16,330 bases of DNA, from positions 1 to 16,330 of the forward strand of contig JBHHXT010000104.1 of the NCBI GenBank assembly GCA_046757165.1, written 5' to 3'. Below the pieces are notes generated by a model. It was not told the DNA's origin. It made no database searches and worked only from the letters and a program-made list of their open reading frames with translations. Origin of the DNA: a bacterium. Its GTDB lineage: Bacteria; Zhuqueibacterota; Zhuqueibacteria; Oceanimicrobiales; Oceanimicrobiaceae. A program made the position numbers and the translations under genes. Below, in pieces: positions 16,316-16,330 of this stretch. Position 1 is the stretch's first letter. The number at the start of each line of letters is the position of its first letter.

Positions 16316-16330
16316 GGCGCGGAGCGTTGG

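Noticed and set aside
16172..16330. Open minus-strand frame ending at 16172 (PTLRASQQ...GVDG*) as the 3' end of a gene
   Set aside because: Low-complexity translation with no motif; cannot be evaluated without sequence beyond the window, and a different frame fits the attC-like site.

Overview
GC-rich bacterial window dominated by outer-membrane biogenesis genes; by inference from protein content it comes from a diderm FCB-related lineage such as KSB1/Calditrichota. Left half, minus strand: a tightly coupled three-gene operon behind a near-consensus sigma70 promoter. It encodes an enlarged 545-aa FadL/PorV-like beta-barrel, a 1684-aa secreted repeat protein (Ig/FN3-like domains, 11 carboxypeptidase-regulatory-like repeats, an Ig-like domain, a ZU5-like domain and a FlgD-Ig/T9SS-CTD-like tail), and a 332-aa PorV/PorQ-family barrel. 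This is a candidate dedicated T9SS-like cargo plus adaptor module. Right half, plus strand: a 3-POTRA Omp85 (TamA-like), TamB, a DUF1186-like protein and a 135-aa hypothetical protein. The intergenic spaces hold relics that the ORF track does not resolve: a truncated Uma2-family gene, a retropepsin-like DTG motif fragment, a covarying inverted pair of REP-like hairpins, and a short degenerate integron attC-like site at the right edge. All family calls are from motif recognition by eye; no database searches were run.
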